In this document: piece by piece, positions 19,326-28,772 of the stretch | How positions within the stretch are numbered: position 1 is the first letter of the stretch | How the letters are laid out: each line of letters starts with the position of its first letter | Assembly (NCBI GenBank): GCA_014874175.1 | Contig: JACWAD010000105.1 | Location: 365-64,364 of the forward strand | Direction: 5' to 3' | Length of the DNA stretch: 64,000 nt | Origin: Thermoleophilia bacterium | GTDB taxonomy: Bacteria; Actinomycetota; Thermoleophilia; BMS3ABIN01 | The notes under the pieces: model-generated | What the model saw: the letters and a program-made list of their open reading frames with translations, nothing else | What the model was told of the DNA's origin: nothing | Database searches by the model: none | Program-made: the position numbers and the translations under genes

Positions 19326-20831
19326 CTAGCGGCTCTTTCTCCGTGCGCCGGTTGTCCTGCCCATATTGCCGCCTCCTGCCAGCAACTCGCTCACCTGCTC
19401 CAGCCCCATGAAGCGCGACCCCTTGACCAGCACCGCATCGCCGGGCCGGATCAAATCCGGCAGTCCGGAAACTGCCGTCTCACGGTCAGAAAAGTAAACG
19501 ATCCCTCCCCGGGAGCCGGCAGCCCGGGCTCCATCGATAAAGCCGGAGGCCATGCCGCCAACGGCCACCAGCAGGTCGATGCCGAGCTTTGCGGCAGCGG
19601 CCCCGACCTGCCGGTGCAGGCGCTGTGACTCGCGGCCGAGCTCGGCCATGTCCCCCAGCACCGCCACGCTGCGGCGGCCCTCACTGGCGCTCGCCAGGTG
19701 CTCAAGGGCGGCTCTCATTGACATCGGATTTGCGTTGTAACAATCATTTATGAGTATTCCTTCCCCCGGCAGGGGAACAATCTCACCCCGCATATCGGGC
19801 AGGCGGATATTGCCGGCGGCTTCAGCTACCCCCGCCAGCGGCAGCTCCAGCAGAGTGTAGACGCCAATGGCGGCCATGGCGTTTAGCAGCTGGTATCTTG
19901 AATTAAAGTTAAAACATATGTCAAGTTCCTCGTCGAGACAGGAAAGAGACAGGCAAAGCCGGCCGCCTGCCGGCCGCACTGGCCCGGACGGGTGAATATC
20001 GGCGCGGGTGTCAAAACCGAAGGTGAGCCGGCGCGCGTCCACATCCTCAAGGAAAGGTTCAAGCAGGCGCTCCCCGTAAGGAAGAACGAGGCCGGCGCCC
20101 GCAGGCAGCTGGCGGGCGATCTCCGCCTTGCCGCGGGCAATGTTCTTAAGGCTGCCGGCGTACTCAAGGTGAGCCGGGCCTATGTTGGTGATCACCGCAA
20201 TGCTGGGAGAGGCGATCGCGCACAGATGCGCAATCTCCTCCCGGGCCTGCATCCCCATCTCGACGACGGCCACCTGGGTGTCGCTCCTGATCTGAAGCAG
20301 GGTCAGCGGCACCCCCACTTCATTGTTGTAGCTTGCCTGGCTGGCGACGATGCTAAGCTGCGGCTCAAGCAGGCACGAAAGAATGTCCTTCGTCGAAGTC
20401 TTGCCGGTGCTGCCGGTTATGCCAACCACCCGCGCCCGGCTGCGGCCGGCAACCAGCGAGGCAATCTGACCCAGCGCCTTTCCCGTATCGGGAACGGCTA
20501 CTATCACCGGCTCCGGCGCGCCGTTACCGCCGGTCAGGGCTGCCTCCGCCGCCAGCTGCAGGGCGGCTTCGCCCTGGGCAACGACGCCAATTGCGCCTCC
20601 CTTAAGCGCCTCGCCGGCAAATTCATTGCCGTCGAAGCGATCTCCCTTTAAGGCGACAAACAGGCAACCGCTCAAGGGAGCGCGGGTGTCGGTTGACACC
20701 GATGGAACCGGCGTGCCGCCGCCGCCCGCCAGCAGCCGCCCGGCGCAGGCCTGGCAGATCTCTTGTGCCGTAAGTGTGATCACTTCTTCTGTCTGTCTTG
20801 CTGCAGGTACAGCCATAAGCCCGCTAGTCAC
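19326..20831 (-). CDS. murF: UDP-N-acetylmuramoyl-tripeptide--D-alanyl-D-alanine ligase
   Basis: TDTRAPLSGCLFVALKGDRFDGNEF, GSTGKTSTKD, ASYNNEVGVPLTLL (MurF signature), NIGPAHL. 501 aa with an N-terminal extension. Confidence 0.9.
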   Translation of the reverse strand: MTSGLMAVPAARQTEEVITLTAQEICQACAGRLLAGGGGTPVPSVSTDTRAPLSGCLFVALKGDRFDGNEFAGEALKGGAIGVVAQGEAALQLAAEAALTGGNGAPEPVIVAVPDTGKALGQIASLVAGRSRARVVGITGSTGKTSTKDILSCLLEPQLSIVASQASYNNEVGVPLTLLQIRSDTQVAVVEMGMQAREEIAHLCAIASPSIAVITNIGPAHLEYAGSLKNIARGKAEIARQLPAGAGLVLPYGERLLEPFLEDVDARRLTFGFDTRADIHPSGPVRPAGGRLCLSLSCLDEELDICFNFNSRYQLLNAMAAIGVYTLLELPLAGVAEAAGNIRLPDMRGEIVPLPGEGILINDCYNANPMSMRAALEHLASASEGRRSVAVLGDMAELGRESQRLHRQVGAAAAKLGIDLLVAVGGMASGFIDGARAAGSRGGIVYFSDRETAVSGLPDLIRPGDAVLVKGSRFMGLEQVSELLAGGGNMGRTTGARRKSR

Positions 20832-21209
20832 CGGATGACATCCTGCCTACACTTACCCGCGTCGCCGTGGTTTGCATCCCCTTTCCCCGTGAAAATCCCA
20901 GGCGCCGGCAAGCAGGCGGAAACCAGGCGACCGTAGTGCTTGGCCTGGCGCCGCTGAAAGCAGGCAGCGGCGCTTTCGCCCCCGCACTGGCAAGCCACGA
21001 CGCGCGCGCCAGAAGCCAGGGCCGGGAGTTTTGGGGATGGTAGATCGTCGTGGCCAGCAGGCCGTCGAGAAGGGTTAAATAGTATTCCGCCTTCATCGGA
21101 GAGTTATTCTACGGGAGTCCGGGCGTAATTGCCAGCCGCGCCCGCATGCGGACATTTCACTGCCAGACCCGGCTCGCATGAGTTTATCATCTCCTTCAAC
21201 AAGCGCTGA

Positions 21210-22886
21210 TCATTCAGGCGAAATCCCCAGTTTTTGCAGGGCGAACTGGGTAATTTTTTGAAACGCCGGCGCCGCCACCGTCATGCCGCCCCCAAATGGA
21301 TGCGGCTCGACCACCTTGACCAGCACCAGCAGTTTCGGATCTCCTGAAGGCGCGAAGCCGACGAACGAGCCGATATAGTTCTGATTGGAGTAGCGGCCAT
21401 CGGGGTCGATCATTTGGGCTGTGCCTGTCTTGCCGGCTACGCTGTAGCCGTCGATTTTGGCGGCGGGAGCGCCGCCGTCATCAACAACGCCAACCAGGTA
21501 TCTGGTCAGCTGGCTGGCTGTGGCCGCGGACATGACAGGCTTGCCAGCCGGCGCCGGCACATCCTTGCCGCCAATGCGGCGCACCAGGTACGGTTTTGGC
21601 TCCAGGCCGCCGTTGGCGACGGCACAATAAGCAAGCGCCATCTGCAGCGGCGTTACCGAGATTCCCTGGCCGATGGGCACATTGCCGATTGTCGATGCCG
21701 ACCACCGGCTGACAGGCACCACGATGCCCCTCGCCTCCCCGGGAAAGTCAATCCCCGTGGGCGAGCCAAAGCCAAATCTGCCAATCCAGCCATTCAGCTT
21801 CCGGGCGCCGACCGACATTCCGATTTTGACGGCGCCAATGTTGCTTGAATGGATGAGGATCTGGCCCATGTCCCAGTTAACCGGCCCGCGGCTGAAAGCG
21901 TCCTGGATCGTGAAGCCGCCCATCTCCAGCGACGTGGGAAGATAAAGCGTCTGCCCGGGCGTATACGTGTGCTCCTCAAGAGCGGCAGTCGCCGTGACTA
22001 CCTTGAAAATGGAGCCTGGCTCATATGAATCGACGACAGGCCGGTTGCGCTTTTGCTCATCCGTGAGGTTCGGGAACTGATTGGCGTCCACGGTGGGCAC
22101 GCTGGCGAGGGCGTATATCGCGCCGGTCCTGGGATTCATTACGACGGCCTCGGCGCCTTTTGCTTTCCATTGCCTTACCGTGTCGGCCAGCACTTTTTCT
22201 GTCTCGTACTGGATGGACTGGTCAATAGTGAGCCACACATCGGTGCCCGGGACCCCCTCCTGGAGGCTGACCGTTTCGATCTGGCTGCCGTCGCCTGCCG
22301 TGATCACGCGTTGCCTGCCGGGCCTGCCTCTCAAAACATTGTCCAGCTCAAGCTCCATCCCGGCCAGCCCCTTGTTGTCCGTGCCCGCGTAGCCAATGAC
22401 CTGCGCCGCCAGCTGGTTCTGCGGGTAAACACGTTTTTCTTCCGGCCGGGTCTCGATGCCGGCAAGATGCCCCGTCTTGACAATCTGATCTACCCGGTCG
22501 CCGACTGACGGGTCAACTTTCCGCGCCAGGTAGACAAAACCGGTATCTTTGTTGGAAAGCTCGCGGGAAAGCGTTCCGGCGTCAATGCCCAGGACGGGCG
22601 CCAGCGCATCCGCCTCCGCCTGCGGATTGGCGATCAGCTTGGGGTCGGCGATGACGGTCTTCGCCTGCACGCCAACGGCCAGCTCGTTGCCATCGCGGTC
22701 GAAGATGGTGCCGCGGTGGGCGGGGGTGTCTATTTCTTCCACGTGCCTTAAATCGACGCGCCGGGATATCTCCTGGGCATTGACCGTCTGCAGGAAAACG
22801 GCCCAGCCGGCGATTGCCAGGAATGCAACAACGAACAGTAATAGAGTCAAGCGAATGCGCCTGTCGGGATCGCCCAGCACCTTCAT
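21210..22886 (-). CDS. ftsI: Class B penicillin-binding protein (FtsI/PBP transpeptidase)
   Basis: N-terminal TM segment, PBP dimerisation domain, transpeptidase motifs (SxxK: SIFK; SSN; KTGT). Confidence 0.93.
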   Translation of the reverse strand: MKVLGDPDRRIRLTLLLFVVAFLAIAGWAVFLQTVNAQEISRRVDLRHVEEIDTPAHRGTIFDRDGNELAVGVQAKTVIADPKLIANPQAEADALAPVLGIDAGTLSRELSNKDTGFVYLARKVDPSVGDRVDQIVKTGHLAGIETRPEEKRVYPQNQLAAQVIGYAGTDNKGLAGMELELDNVLRGRPGRQRVITAGDGSQIETVSLQEGVPGTDVWLTIDQSIQYETEKVLADTVRQWKAKGAEAVVMNPRTGAIYALASVPTVDANQFPNLTDEQKRNRPVVDSYEPGSIFKVVTATAALEEHTYTPGQTLYLPTSLEMGGFTIQDAFSRGPVNWDMGQILIHSSNIGAVKIGMSVGARKLNGWIGRFGFGSPTGIDFPGEARGIVVPVSRWSASTIGNVPIGQGISVTPLQMALAYCAVANGGLEPKPYLVRRIGGKDVPAPAGKPVMSAATASQLTRYLVGVVDDGGAPAAKIDGYSVAGKTGTAQMIDPDGRYSNQNYIGSFVGFAPSGDPKLLVLVKVVEPHPFGGGMTVAAPAFQKITQFALQKLGISPE

Positions 22887-23342
22887 CTAGGGGGGCGCCG
22901 TCCGCCCGTTTGAGCCCGGCGCCGCCCCTTGCGGCTCCAGATCGGCATAGAGCCGGTTGTCAACCGGGTTGATGTATAGGTACTGAATCTTGCCCGCCGG
23001 CACCATTCCCAGGGGGCCTTCAGCAATCTGTTCAATCCTGGCGGGAGAAGACAGCGCTGAGACATCGCTGGAGAGCTGATCGTTTTCCACGGTGAGGGTA
23101 TTTTTCTGCCTGACCAGCTCGTTGAATTGGATATTTTTGTACATCAGGCTGACGCGAAGGCCCACCAGGCCTATCAGCAGCAGGGCGATCACTCCCACCC
23201 AGAGGCCGGCATGCATGATTTCACGGGTCTGCACTGCCCTGAAGCGGCGCAGCCTGCGGGAGCTCCGCGCCCGCACGGGGTCGGCCTCAAATTTTCGCAC
23301 AGTCTCGGCAAATCCCCCGTCGTTACGAACGGCGCGCGCCAT
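22887..23342 (-). CDS. ftsL: Cell-division protein FtsL-like (septum formation initiator)
   Basis: Single TM segment then coiled coil. Position between rsmH and ftsI. Confidence 0.7.
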   Translation of the reverse strand: MARAVRNDGGFAETVRKFEADPVRARSSRRLRRFRAVQTREIMHAGLWVGVIALLLIGLVGLRVSLMYKNIQFNELVRQKNTLTVENDQLSSDVSALSSPARIEQIAEGPLGMVPAGKIQYLYINPVDNRLYADLEPQGAAPGSNGRTAPP

Positions 23343-23355
23343 GACTTAAGGCCCC

Positions 23356-24324
23356 TTACCCCAGCTTCTCCGCTACGCGCAGCTTGGCCGCCTGCGAGCG
23401 TGGATTTTCAGCGACCTCGCGCTGCGAAGGCGTCACCGGCCTCCTGGTGATGACGCGCAGCTGTGCCCTGGCCTGGCACACGCACTTGGGAAACTCCGGG
23501 GGGCATGTGCATTTCCCAGTCCCCGCGGCAAAAAACTTTTTCACAATTCTGTCTTCCAGGGAATGAAAGCTGATCACACCCAAGCGGCCGCCGGGCGCAA
23601 GCACAGCCAGGGCGCTCTCCAGGCCCCGTGACAGTGAGCCGAGCTCGTCGTTGACGGCAATCCTGAGAGCCTGAAATACCCGGCGGGCGGGATGCCCGGC
23701 GCCGAAGCGGGCTGGCATCGGAATCGCGGCCTTGATGGCGTCAACCAGCTGCAGCGTTGTTTCAAAAGGCGCCTTCTTCCGCTCACGGGCTATGCGGCGC
23801 GCGATCTGGCGCCCGTAACGCTCCTCGCCGTAATCCTTGAAAATGCGGGTCAGCTCTTCCGGCTCAAGCCCGTTAACCAGCTTACGGGCGGTTACGGGGT
23901 TTTCCGGGTCCATCCGCATGTCCAGTGGCGCATTGTAGCTGTAGGAAAACCCGCGCTCGGGGCGGTCCACCTGCATCGAGGAAACTCCCAGGTCCAGGTA
24001 GACGAGATCCGCAACCAGCCCCTTTTCGGCAAGCTGCCCCAGAGCATCGGCGTAATTGCCATAAATAAAACGGCAGCGGAAGGGCTGGCGCTGCGAGAAG
24101 AGCTCGAAATACCGACCTGCCAGCGGATCGAGGTCGATGCCGATGAAAAGGGCACCCGGCCCCAGGTCCGCGGCCATGCGGCGGGCATGCCCGCCTGCTC
24201 CAAAAGTGCAATCAATAACAGTGTCATCCGGCCGCGGCTCAAGCAGCCCGGCCAACTCCTCGGCCAGCACCGGCCGGTGCGGGGCGCCGTCTGACAAATT
24301 CTGTATGCTTTCGTTTAACTGCAT
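23356..24324 (-). CDS. rsmH: 16S rRNA (cytosine1402-N4)-methyltransferase
   Basis: HRPVLAEE...DCTFGAGGH SAM motif. ORF track extends to 24579, but the first 85 codons are an Arg-rich extension, and the internal ATG at 24324 restores a typical RsmH length (about 322 aa). Confidence 0.9.
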   Translation of the reverse strand: MQLNESIQNLSDGAPHRPVLAEELAGLLEPRPDDTVIDCTFGAGGHARRMAADLGPGALFIGIDLDPLAGRYFELFSQRQPFRCRFIYGNYADALGQLAEKGLVADLVYLDLGVSSMQVDRPERGFSYSYNAPLDMRMDPENPVTARKLVNGLEPEELTRIFKDYGEERYGRQIARRIARERKKAPFETTLQLVDAIKAAIPMPARFGAGHPARRVFQALRIAVNDELGSLSRGLESALAVLAPGGRLGVISFHSLEDRIVKKFFAAGTGKCTCPPEFPKCVCQARAQLRVITRRPVTPSQREVAENPRSQAAKLRVAEKLG

Positions 24325-24388
24325 ACTTCCCTTCTCCCTTGGTGGCGGCAGGCCAGCCGGGAAGCGCCGGGCAGATTGCCGGGCGTCA

Positions 24389-24829
24389 TTATTCCGTTTC
24401 CTGCCACTGCTTTTTGTACTGTCTCCTGTAGGCCTCCCATTTTTTGCGGTCCCAAATCTCAAAGCAGTCATGCATTCCCCGAAATACCACCTCCTTGCCG
24501 ATGCCGACGGTCCGCACATGCTCCGGCGAAATGCCGATCCGCCCCTGCTTGTCCAGGTCGCATTCAACCGCAGTTCCAAACATCATCCGTTTGATATCCC
24601 TGTTGCTTTTGCTATCAAGATCAACGAGACGGCCAAGCGCCTCCCCGGCCTGCCGGGCAAACTCGGCCGCTGGCTGCACCGTCAGGCAATCCTCGAAGTT
24701 CTCTCGCACGACCACCTTGCCATCCGTAAGCTGCTGACGGAACTTTGCAGGAATTGCCACCCGGTTCTTCGAATCAAGAGAGTGTGCGTACTGTCCCCAA
24801 AATTTATATGCAGTCTTTGGCGTGGCCAT
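24389..24829 (-). CDS. mraZ: Transcriptional regulator MraZ
   Basis: Two DXXXR/SpoVT-AbrB-like repeats (LDSKNRVAIPAKFR ... LDKQGRIGISPEH). Confidence 0.93.
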   Translation of the reverse strand: MATPKTAYKFWGQYAHSLDSKNRVAIPAKFRQQLTDGKVVVRENFEDCLTVQPAAEFARQAGEALGRLVDLDSKSNRDIKRMMFGTAVECDLDKQGRIGISPEHVRTVGIGKEVVFRGMHDCFEIWDRKKWEAYRRQYKKQWQETE

Positions 24830-24852
24830 TTAATTAATTGGATGTTAGGTTT

Positions 24853-24889
24853 CCCCACTTTTTACTACTTTATACCACTTTCCCCCACA
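24853..24889 (-). promoter_or_regulatory. MraZ-box array: four GTGGG/GTGGT/GTAGT/GTGGG repeats at 10-bp spacing overlapping a TATAAA -10-like element, upstream of mraZ
   Basis: Minus strand reads GTGGGGGAAA GTGGTATAAA GTAGTAAAAA GTGGGGAAAC. Matches the known MraZ operator architecture (direct GTGG[GT] repeats at 10-bp periodicity). Confidence 0.7.
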
Positions 24890-25062
24890 ACAAAACAAGC
24901 CTCTGACGGCAAAAAAATAGGGGATTTTACCTAAATTCAAGAGGAATAATCCTGGAAATCAGGCCTGGCGGGGTAATCCAGGAGGAAACAGCCTGGGGAA
25001 GAAACCGCTTTTCGTTTCACCAAATCCGGGAAACGCCAAACGTTAAACGTTAAATTAAAAGA

Positions 25063-25680
25063 TCACTGATGAGGATTTTGATTAAGCGGCGGCGCTGTGG
25101 TGACGGAGCCCGGGTTCTCCATTTGAGCTATCAGCTCCTTGGCCGTATGGCCGAGAGGGTCATTCGCATTGACGTCAACGGCTTTCTGCCAGTATTGCTT
25201 TGCTTGAGCCGGCTTGTTTGCGCTGCTGGAGATAATGCCCAGATCGACGAGGATGGCCTGGTTATTGGGGTCAAGCGCCAGCCCCTTGTTAAACTCAGCC
25301 AGGGCCTGGTCTGACTGGCCCAGCTCAAAGTAGGCCTCGCCCAGGCGGCCATGATAAGTAGCCTCATTGGGCGTCACAGCTTCCGCTTTCGTATATACAT
25401 CCTTGGCGTCAGCGTACTTGCCCATGTTCATGTAGACGTCACCCAGCCCCCCCAGCGCCAGAATGTCGTTGGGGTTTGCCTTGATCAAATCCTGGTAGGC
25501 CTCGATCATGGGATTGTAGTCGTAAGGGGGCTGGTTCGGGGTTGTTGAAGAGGAGCCACCGCTTCCGCTAAACACTCTTGGCAGAACCAGCAGAAATATC
25601 ACAACCACCGCGATGGCGGCAAAGACCGCCCAGTAATATGACTTGAACTTCAAAAAGGTCCTCCGGAGGAAGTTGCTCAA
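25063..25680 (-). CDS. Membrane-anchored TPR-repeat protein
   Basis: N-terminal TM segment, three or four TPR-like repeats (GDVYMNMGKYADA..., GEAYFELGQSDQA...). Confidence 0.65.
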   Translation of the reverse strand: MSNFLRRTFLKFKSYYWAVFAAIAVVVIFLLVLPRVFSGSGGSSSTTPNQPPYDYNPMIEAYQDLIKANPNDILALGGLGDVYMNMGKYADAKDVYTKAEAVTPNEATYHGRLGEAYFELGQSDQALAEFNKGLALDPNNQAILVDLGIISSSANKPAQAKQYWQKAVDVNANDPLGHTAKELIAQMENPGSVTTAPPLNQNPHQ

Positions 25681-25783
25681 ATCATTATACTGGATTGGGA
25701 CCGAAACCGCTAAGTGCCTGCCGGGACAGGCGCAAAGGTTTTAAAGGCTCGCATAAAATGCTAATCTAGCTACAGCCGACACG

Positions 25784-26392
25784 ATGAAAAAATCGGTTAT
25801 GGGTTATCCGGCATCCAGAATCCGTATCCAGCTTATGGACTATACGCTTCTTCATTTGATTAACCAGATGGCAGGCCATGTCTCCGCGGTCGACAGCTTC
25901 TTTTCGCTGGTGGCCAAGTACGGCCCGGCGCTTTATGCCATTCCTCTGCTTTTCATGTGGTTTCGCGGCGGCGACAGCGCCAAGAAGGCAGCCCTGCTCA
26001 GCTTGGCTACCATGGCCGTAGCCCTGTTGATATCACAGGTAATCGGCCATATTTATTTCCGTCCCCGGCCTTATGACGCCCATCCCGGAGGGGTCAACCT
26101 GATCATTCCCAGATCCAGTGACGCCTCCTTCCCTTCGGATCACGCCACCTTCTCATTTGCCATTGCCGGGGTGATCCTGCTGGAGGACCGCCGGTGGGGC
26201 ATCGCTGCTGTGGCGCTGGGCGCCCTCGTCGCTTTTGCGCGCGTTTTTGTCGGCATCCATTATCCCCTGGACGTCGCCGGCGGAGCCGTGCTGGGGCTGG
26301 CGACAGGGGTGCTGATGTGGCAGCTGCGCAGGGTCTTTGATCCGCTGCTTAGGTTCCTGATCAGCATCGCCAGGCGGTTGAAGCTGGCATAG
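25784..26392 (+). CDS. PAP2-family phosphatase (undecaprenyl-diphosphatase-like)
   Basis: PAP2 motifs (SFPSDHAT, RVFVGIHYPLDV). The first 17 codons overlap a heptad array, so the likely start is the internal Met at 25835. Confidence 0.75.
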   Translation: MKKSVMGYPASRIRIQLMDYTLLHLINQMAGHVSAVDSFFSLVAKYGPALYAIPLLFMWFRGGDSAKKAALLSLATMAVALLISQVIGHIYFRPRPYDAHPGGVNLIIPRSSDASFPSDHATFSFAIAGVILLEDRRWGIAAVALGALVAFARVFVGIHYPLDVAGGAVLGLATGVLMWQLRRVFDPLLRFLISIARRLKLA

Positions 26393-26409
26393 CCGCACGT
26401 CCGGCGGAA

Positions 26410-27165
26410 CTACCCCGCCCCGAACAGGCTCAGGTATTTATCGAGCAGGGGGGCGCCATAAAACAGGGCCAGCAGTGCTCCCACGGCCAGGAAGGGACCG
26501 AAGGGAAGCCGGCTCTTGCGGCTTTTCCCCCCGGCGGTAATCATCGCCACCCCGACGAGCGCCCCCAGAAGAAAAGCGGTGAACAATGCGACGACTACCG
26601 CCTTGCCTAGAAAGAAACCCAGCGCCACCACCAGCTTGACGTCGCCCATGCCCATCCCCCCCGGTTTGATAAGGGCCAGCGCCAGGAAGAAAGCGCCGCT
26701 GACAGCGCCTGCTGCGAGCAGTTCCGCCCAGCGGTGCGGCTGGACGGCTATCGTCAGCCCCAGGCCTGCGGCCGCGACGGGCATGACAATCACGTTTGGA
26801 ACAATATAATGTTCAAGGTCAATAAAAAAAATGGCGATCAGAGCCGAGATGAGAAGCAGGGGCGGCAGCAGCCCTGCCCCGGAGCCAAATTTCCAGCCGG
26901 CCAGCACAAAAAGAACTGCACCCAGCAGCTCAACAACCGGATACCAGATTGAGATGGGATGGCCGCAGCGGCGGCACTTGCCTCCAAGCCAGGCGAAGCT
27001 GAGCAGGGGGATGTTGTCATACCAGCGGATCGGCATATCGCAGGCCGGGCAGCGGGAACCGGGGGCGACGATGGACTCGCCCCGCGGCAGGCGGTAGATG
27101 CAGACATTAAGAAAACTGCCGATTGCGGCGCCAACGACGAATAACAGAATATAAAAAAGGACCAT
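26410..27165 (-). CDS. Prepilin peptidase (A24 family, type IV)
   Basis: N-terminal Zn-binding CxxC..CxxC (CPACDMPIRW...CRRCGHPI), GMGDVKL catalytic-Asp motif, multi-TM. Confidence 0.85.
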   Translation of the reverse strand: MVLFYILLFVVGAAIGSFLNVCIYRLPRGESIVAPGSRCPACDMPIRWYDNIPLLSFAWLGGKCRRCGHPISIWYPVVELLGAVLFVLAGWKFGSGAGLLPPLLLISALIAIFFIDLEHYIVPNVIVMPVAAAGLGLTIAVQPHRWAELLAAGAVSGAFFLALALIKPGGMGMGDVKLVVALGFFLGKAVVVALFTAFLLGALVGVAMITAGGKSRKSRLPFGPFLAVGALLALFYGAPLLDKYLSLFGAG

Positions 27166-27187
27166 GGGGAGCGGAAATAGAAGCCTT

Positions 27188-27847
27188 TCAATTCGCCGGC
27201 TCTAGCACCACTATCTTCGGGGCTCCCGGAAGATTTTCCTGCCTCAGCTCGATCTCGCTTTCCCGGGCCAGCTCAACCCCGCTCTTGCCCGAAAGAAAAC
27301 CGTCAACTTCCTCGATCTGAAACAGGCATTTATCGTTGCGGAAATGCATGGGGATGGCGATGGGCGGCGGCCCCAGTTGCCGCCACACCTTCGTGGCTGA
27401 GGCGGCGTCAATCGTGAAGTGGCCCCCAACAGGCACAAGCAACACATCAACCTGGCCAATTTCTTCTGCCTGCCGCGCCGACAGCTCGTGTCCCAGGTCT
27501 CCCAGATGGCAGACTGCAACGCCGTCCACGCGGATCAAAAAAACCGTATTTGCGCCCCGCTGCGAGCCGTTGCTGCTGTCATGGAAAGTGGCGACGCCCC
27601 TGATGCCAAAGCCGTCAATATTATATTCCCCCATTGAATCGAGAATACGCGGCGAGCCTCCCAGATATTTGATAGCGGCATGATCGGCATGGGCATGGCT
27701 GACCGTGCAGATGTCCGGGCTTAGATCCACCTGCCGGTAGAGGAGGGAGTCCCGGTAGGCGCCGGAATCATAGGGATCGGTAAGCAGCGCCTTGCCAGAA
27801 TCGGCGGTGACAAGAAAGCAGCTGTGGCCAATCCACTTAAGTTTCAC
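27188..27847 (-). CDS. Metallo-beta-lactamase-fold hydrolase
   Basis: HxHxDH motif (SHAHADHAA), 219 aa. Confidence 0.7.
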   Translation of the reverse strand: MKLKWIGHSCFLVTADSGKALLTDPYDSGAYRDSLLYRQVDLSPDICTVSHAHADHAAIKYLGGSPRILDSMGEYNIDGFGIRGVATFHDSSNGSQRGANTVFLIRVDGVAVCHLGDLGHELSARQAEEIGQVDVLLVPVGGHFTIDAASATKVWRQLGPPPIAIPMHFRNDKCLFQIEEVDGFLSGKSGVELARESEIELRQENLPGAPKIVVLEPAN

Positions 27848-27923
27848 GTCCAGCCTTCTTTTGTCTGCACGCCCTTCTTTTTAACCAATTGCGTGAAGCT
27901 GAAACCGCATTCCGTATCCCGTA

Positions 27924-28772
27924 TTATATTTCATTCCCCAAATCAGCCAGGGAAAATACGGGCCCGTCCGTGCAGACGTATTTTGACCCTACGTTACAGC
28001 GGCCGCATAGGCCAATGCCGCATTTCATCTTTCTTTCCAGAGTAGTGTAAACACGGTCTTCCGAAAAACCGAGCCGCTTAAGCGCCGCCAGCGTGTATCT
28101 GATCATCACGGGGGGGCCGCAGGCCACCGCCACTGTGTCTTGAGCCGGGGGCCGTTCGCTTTCCAGCACATCCGGCACAACGCCGGTGCGGCCGCTCCAG
28201 CCGGGCTGCCGCCGGTCAACTGTGGCGATAAAATCAATGTCCTGGCGCCTTTCCCACTCCGCCCGGTCGCCGGCAAAACAAAGATCGGCCGGCGTGCGCG
28301 CCCCATAGAACACACGAATGCCGCCAAATTCATCCCGCCGGTCAAGAAGGTGCAAAAGCAGTGAGCGCAGCGGCGCCATGCCGATGCCTCCGCCGGCGAT
28401 AAGGATATTTTTTCCCTTCCAGCTGTCAACCGGGAAACCGCAACCGAGCGGGGCGCGCACAGCAACAGCGTCTCCCGCCTCAAGCTCGTGAATGGCGCTG
28501 GTGACAAATCCGGTCTTCATCACCGAAAACTGGATGTAATCCCGCCGCGAAGGAGGCGAGGAGATGGCGAAAGTGGATTCTCCCACGCCGGGAATCCCCA
28601 TCAGGCCGATCTGCCCCGGCGCAAATGAAAATGCTGACATGACGGCCACATCCTCAAAAACCACCCTGAAGCTGCGGACGCCCGGCGTCTCCTCGATCAC
28701 GTCGATAAGCCTGGCCAGCTCCGGTACAAAGGGCTCTTTTGCTTTGGTGCCTTTTCTAGGTACAGTGTTCAC
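27924..28772 (-). CDS. FAD/NAD(P)-binding oxidoreductase with C-terminal 2Fe-2S (FlxA / sulfhydrogenase-gamma / AsrB-like)
   Basis: Ferredoxin-NADP-reductase fold plus C-terminal CGIGLCGRCNVGSKYVC cluster motif. First gene-product type of the flxABCD-hdrABC arrangement. Confidence 0.7.
   Translation of the reverse strand: MNTVPRKGTKAKEPFVPELARLIDVIEETPGVRSFRVVFEDVAVMSAFSFAPGQIGLMGIPGVGESTFAISSPPSRRDYIQFSVMKTGFVTSAIHELEAGDAVAVRAPLGCGFPVDSWKGKNILIAGGGIGMAPLRSLLLHLLDRRDEFGGIRVFYGARTPADLCFAGDRAEWERRQDIDFIATVDRRQPGWSGRTGVVPDVLESERPPAQDTVAVACGPPVMIRYTLAALKRLGFSEDRVYTTLERKMKCGIGLCGRCNVGSKYVCTDGPVFSLADLGNEI

Noticed and set aside
19326-20831. Possibility that the 501-aa ligase is MurE (or a MurE-MurF fusion) so that the cluster would be complete
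   Set aside because: Single Mur-ligase domain set. Carries MurF-specific motifs (ASYNNEVGVPLT, N-terminal TDTRAPLSG...LFVALKGDRFDG), and the size fits one enzyme.
20832-21209. ORF 20824..21096 (90 aa) in the ftsI-murF spacer as a real gene
   Set aside because: No RBS or conserved features. Arg/Ala/Trp-rich GC-frame artefact overlapping the murF start region. The spacer is more plausibly non-coding leader RNA.
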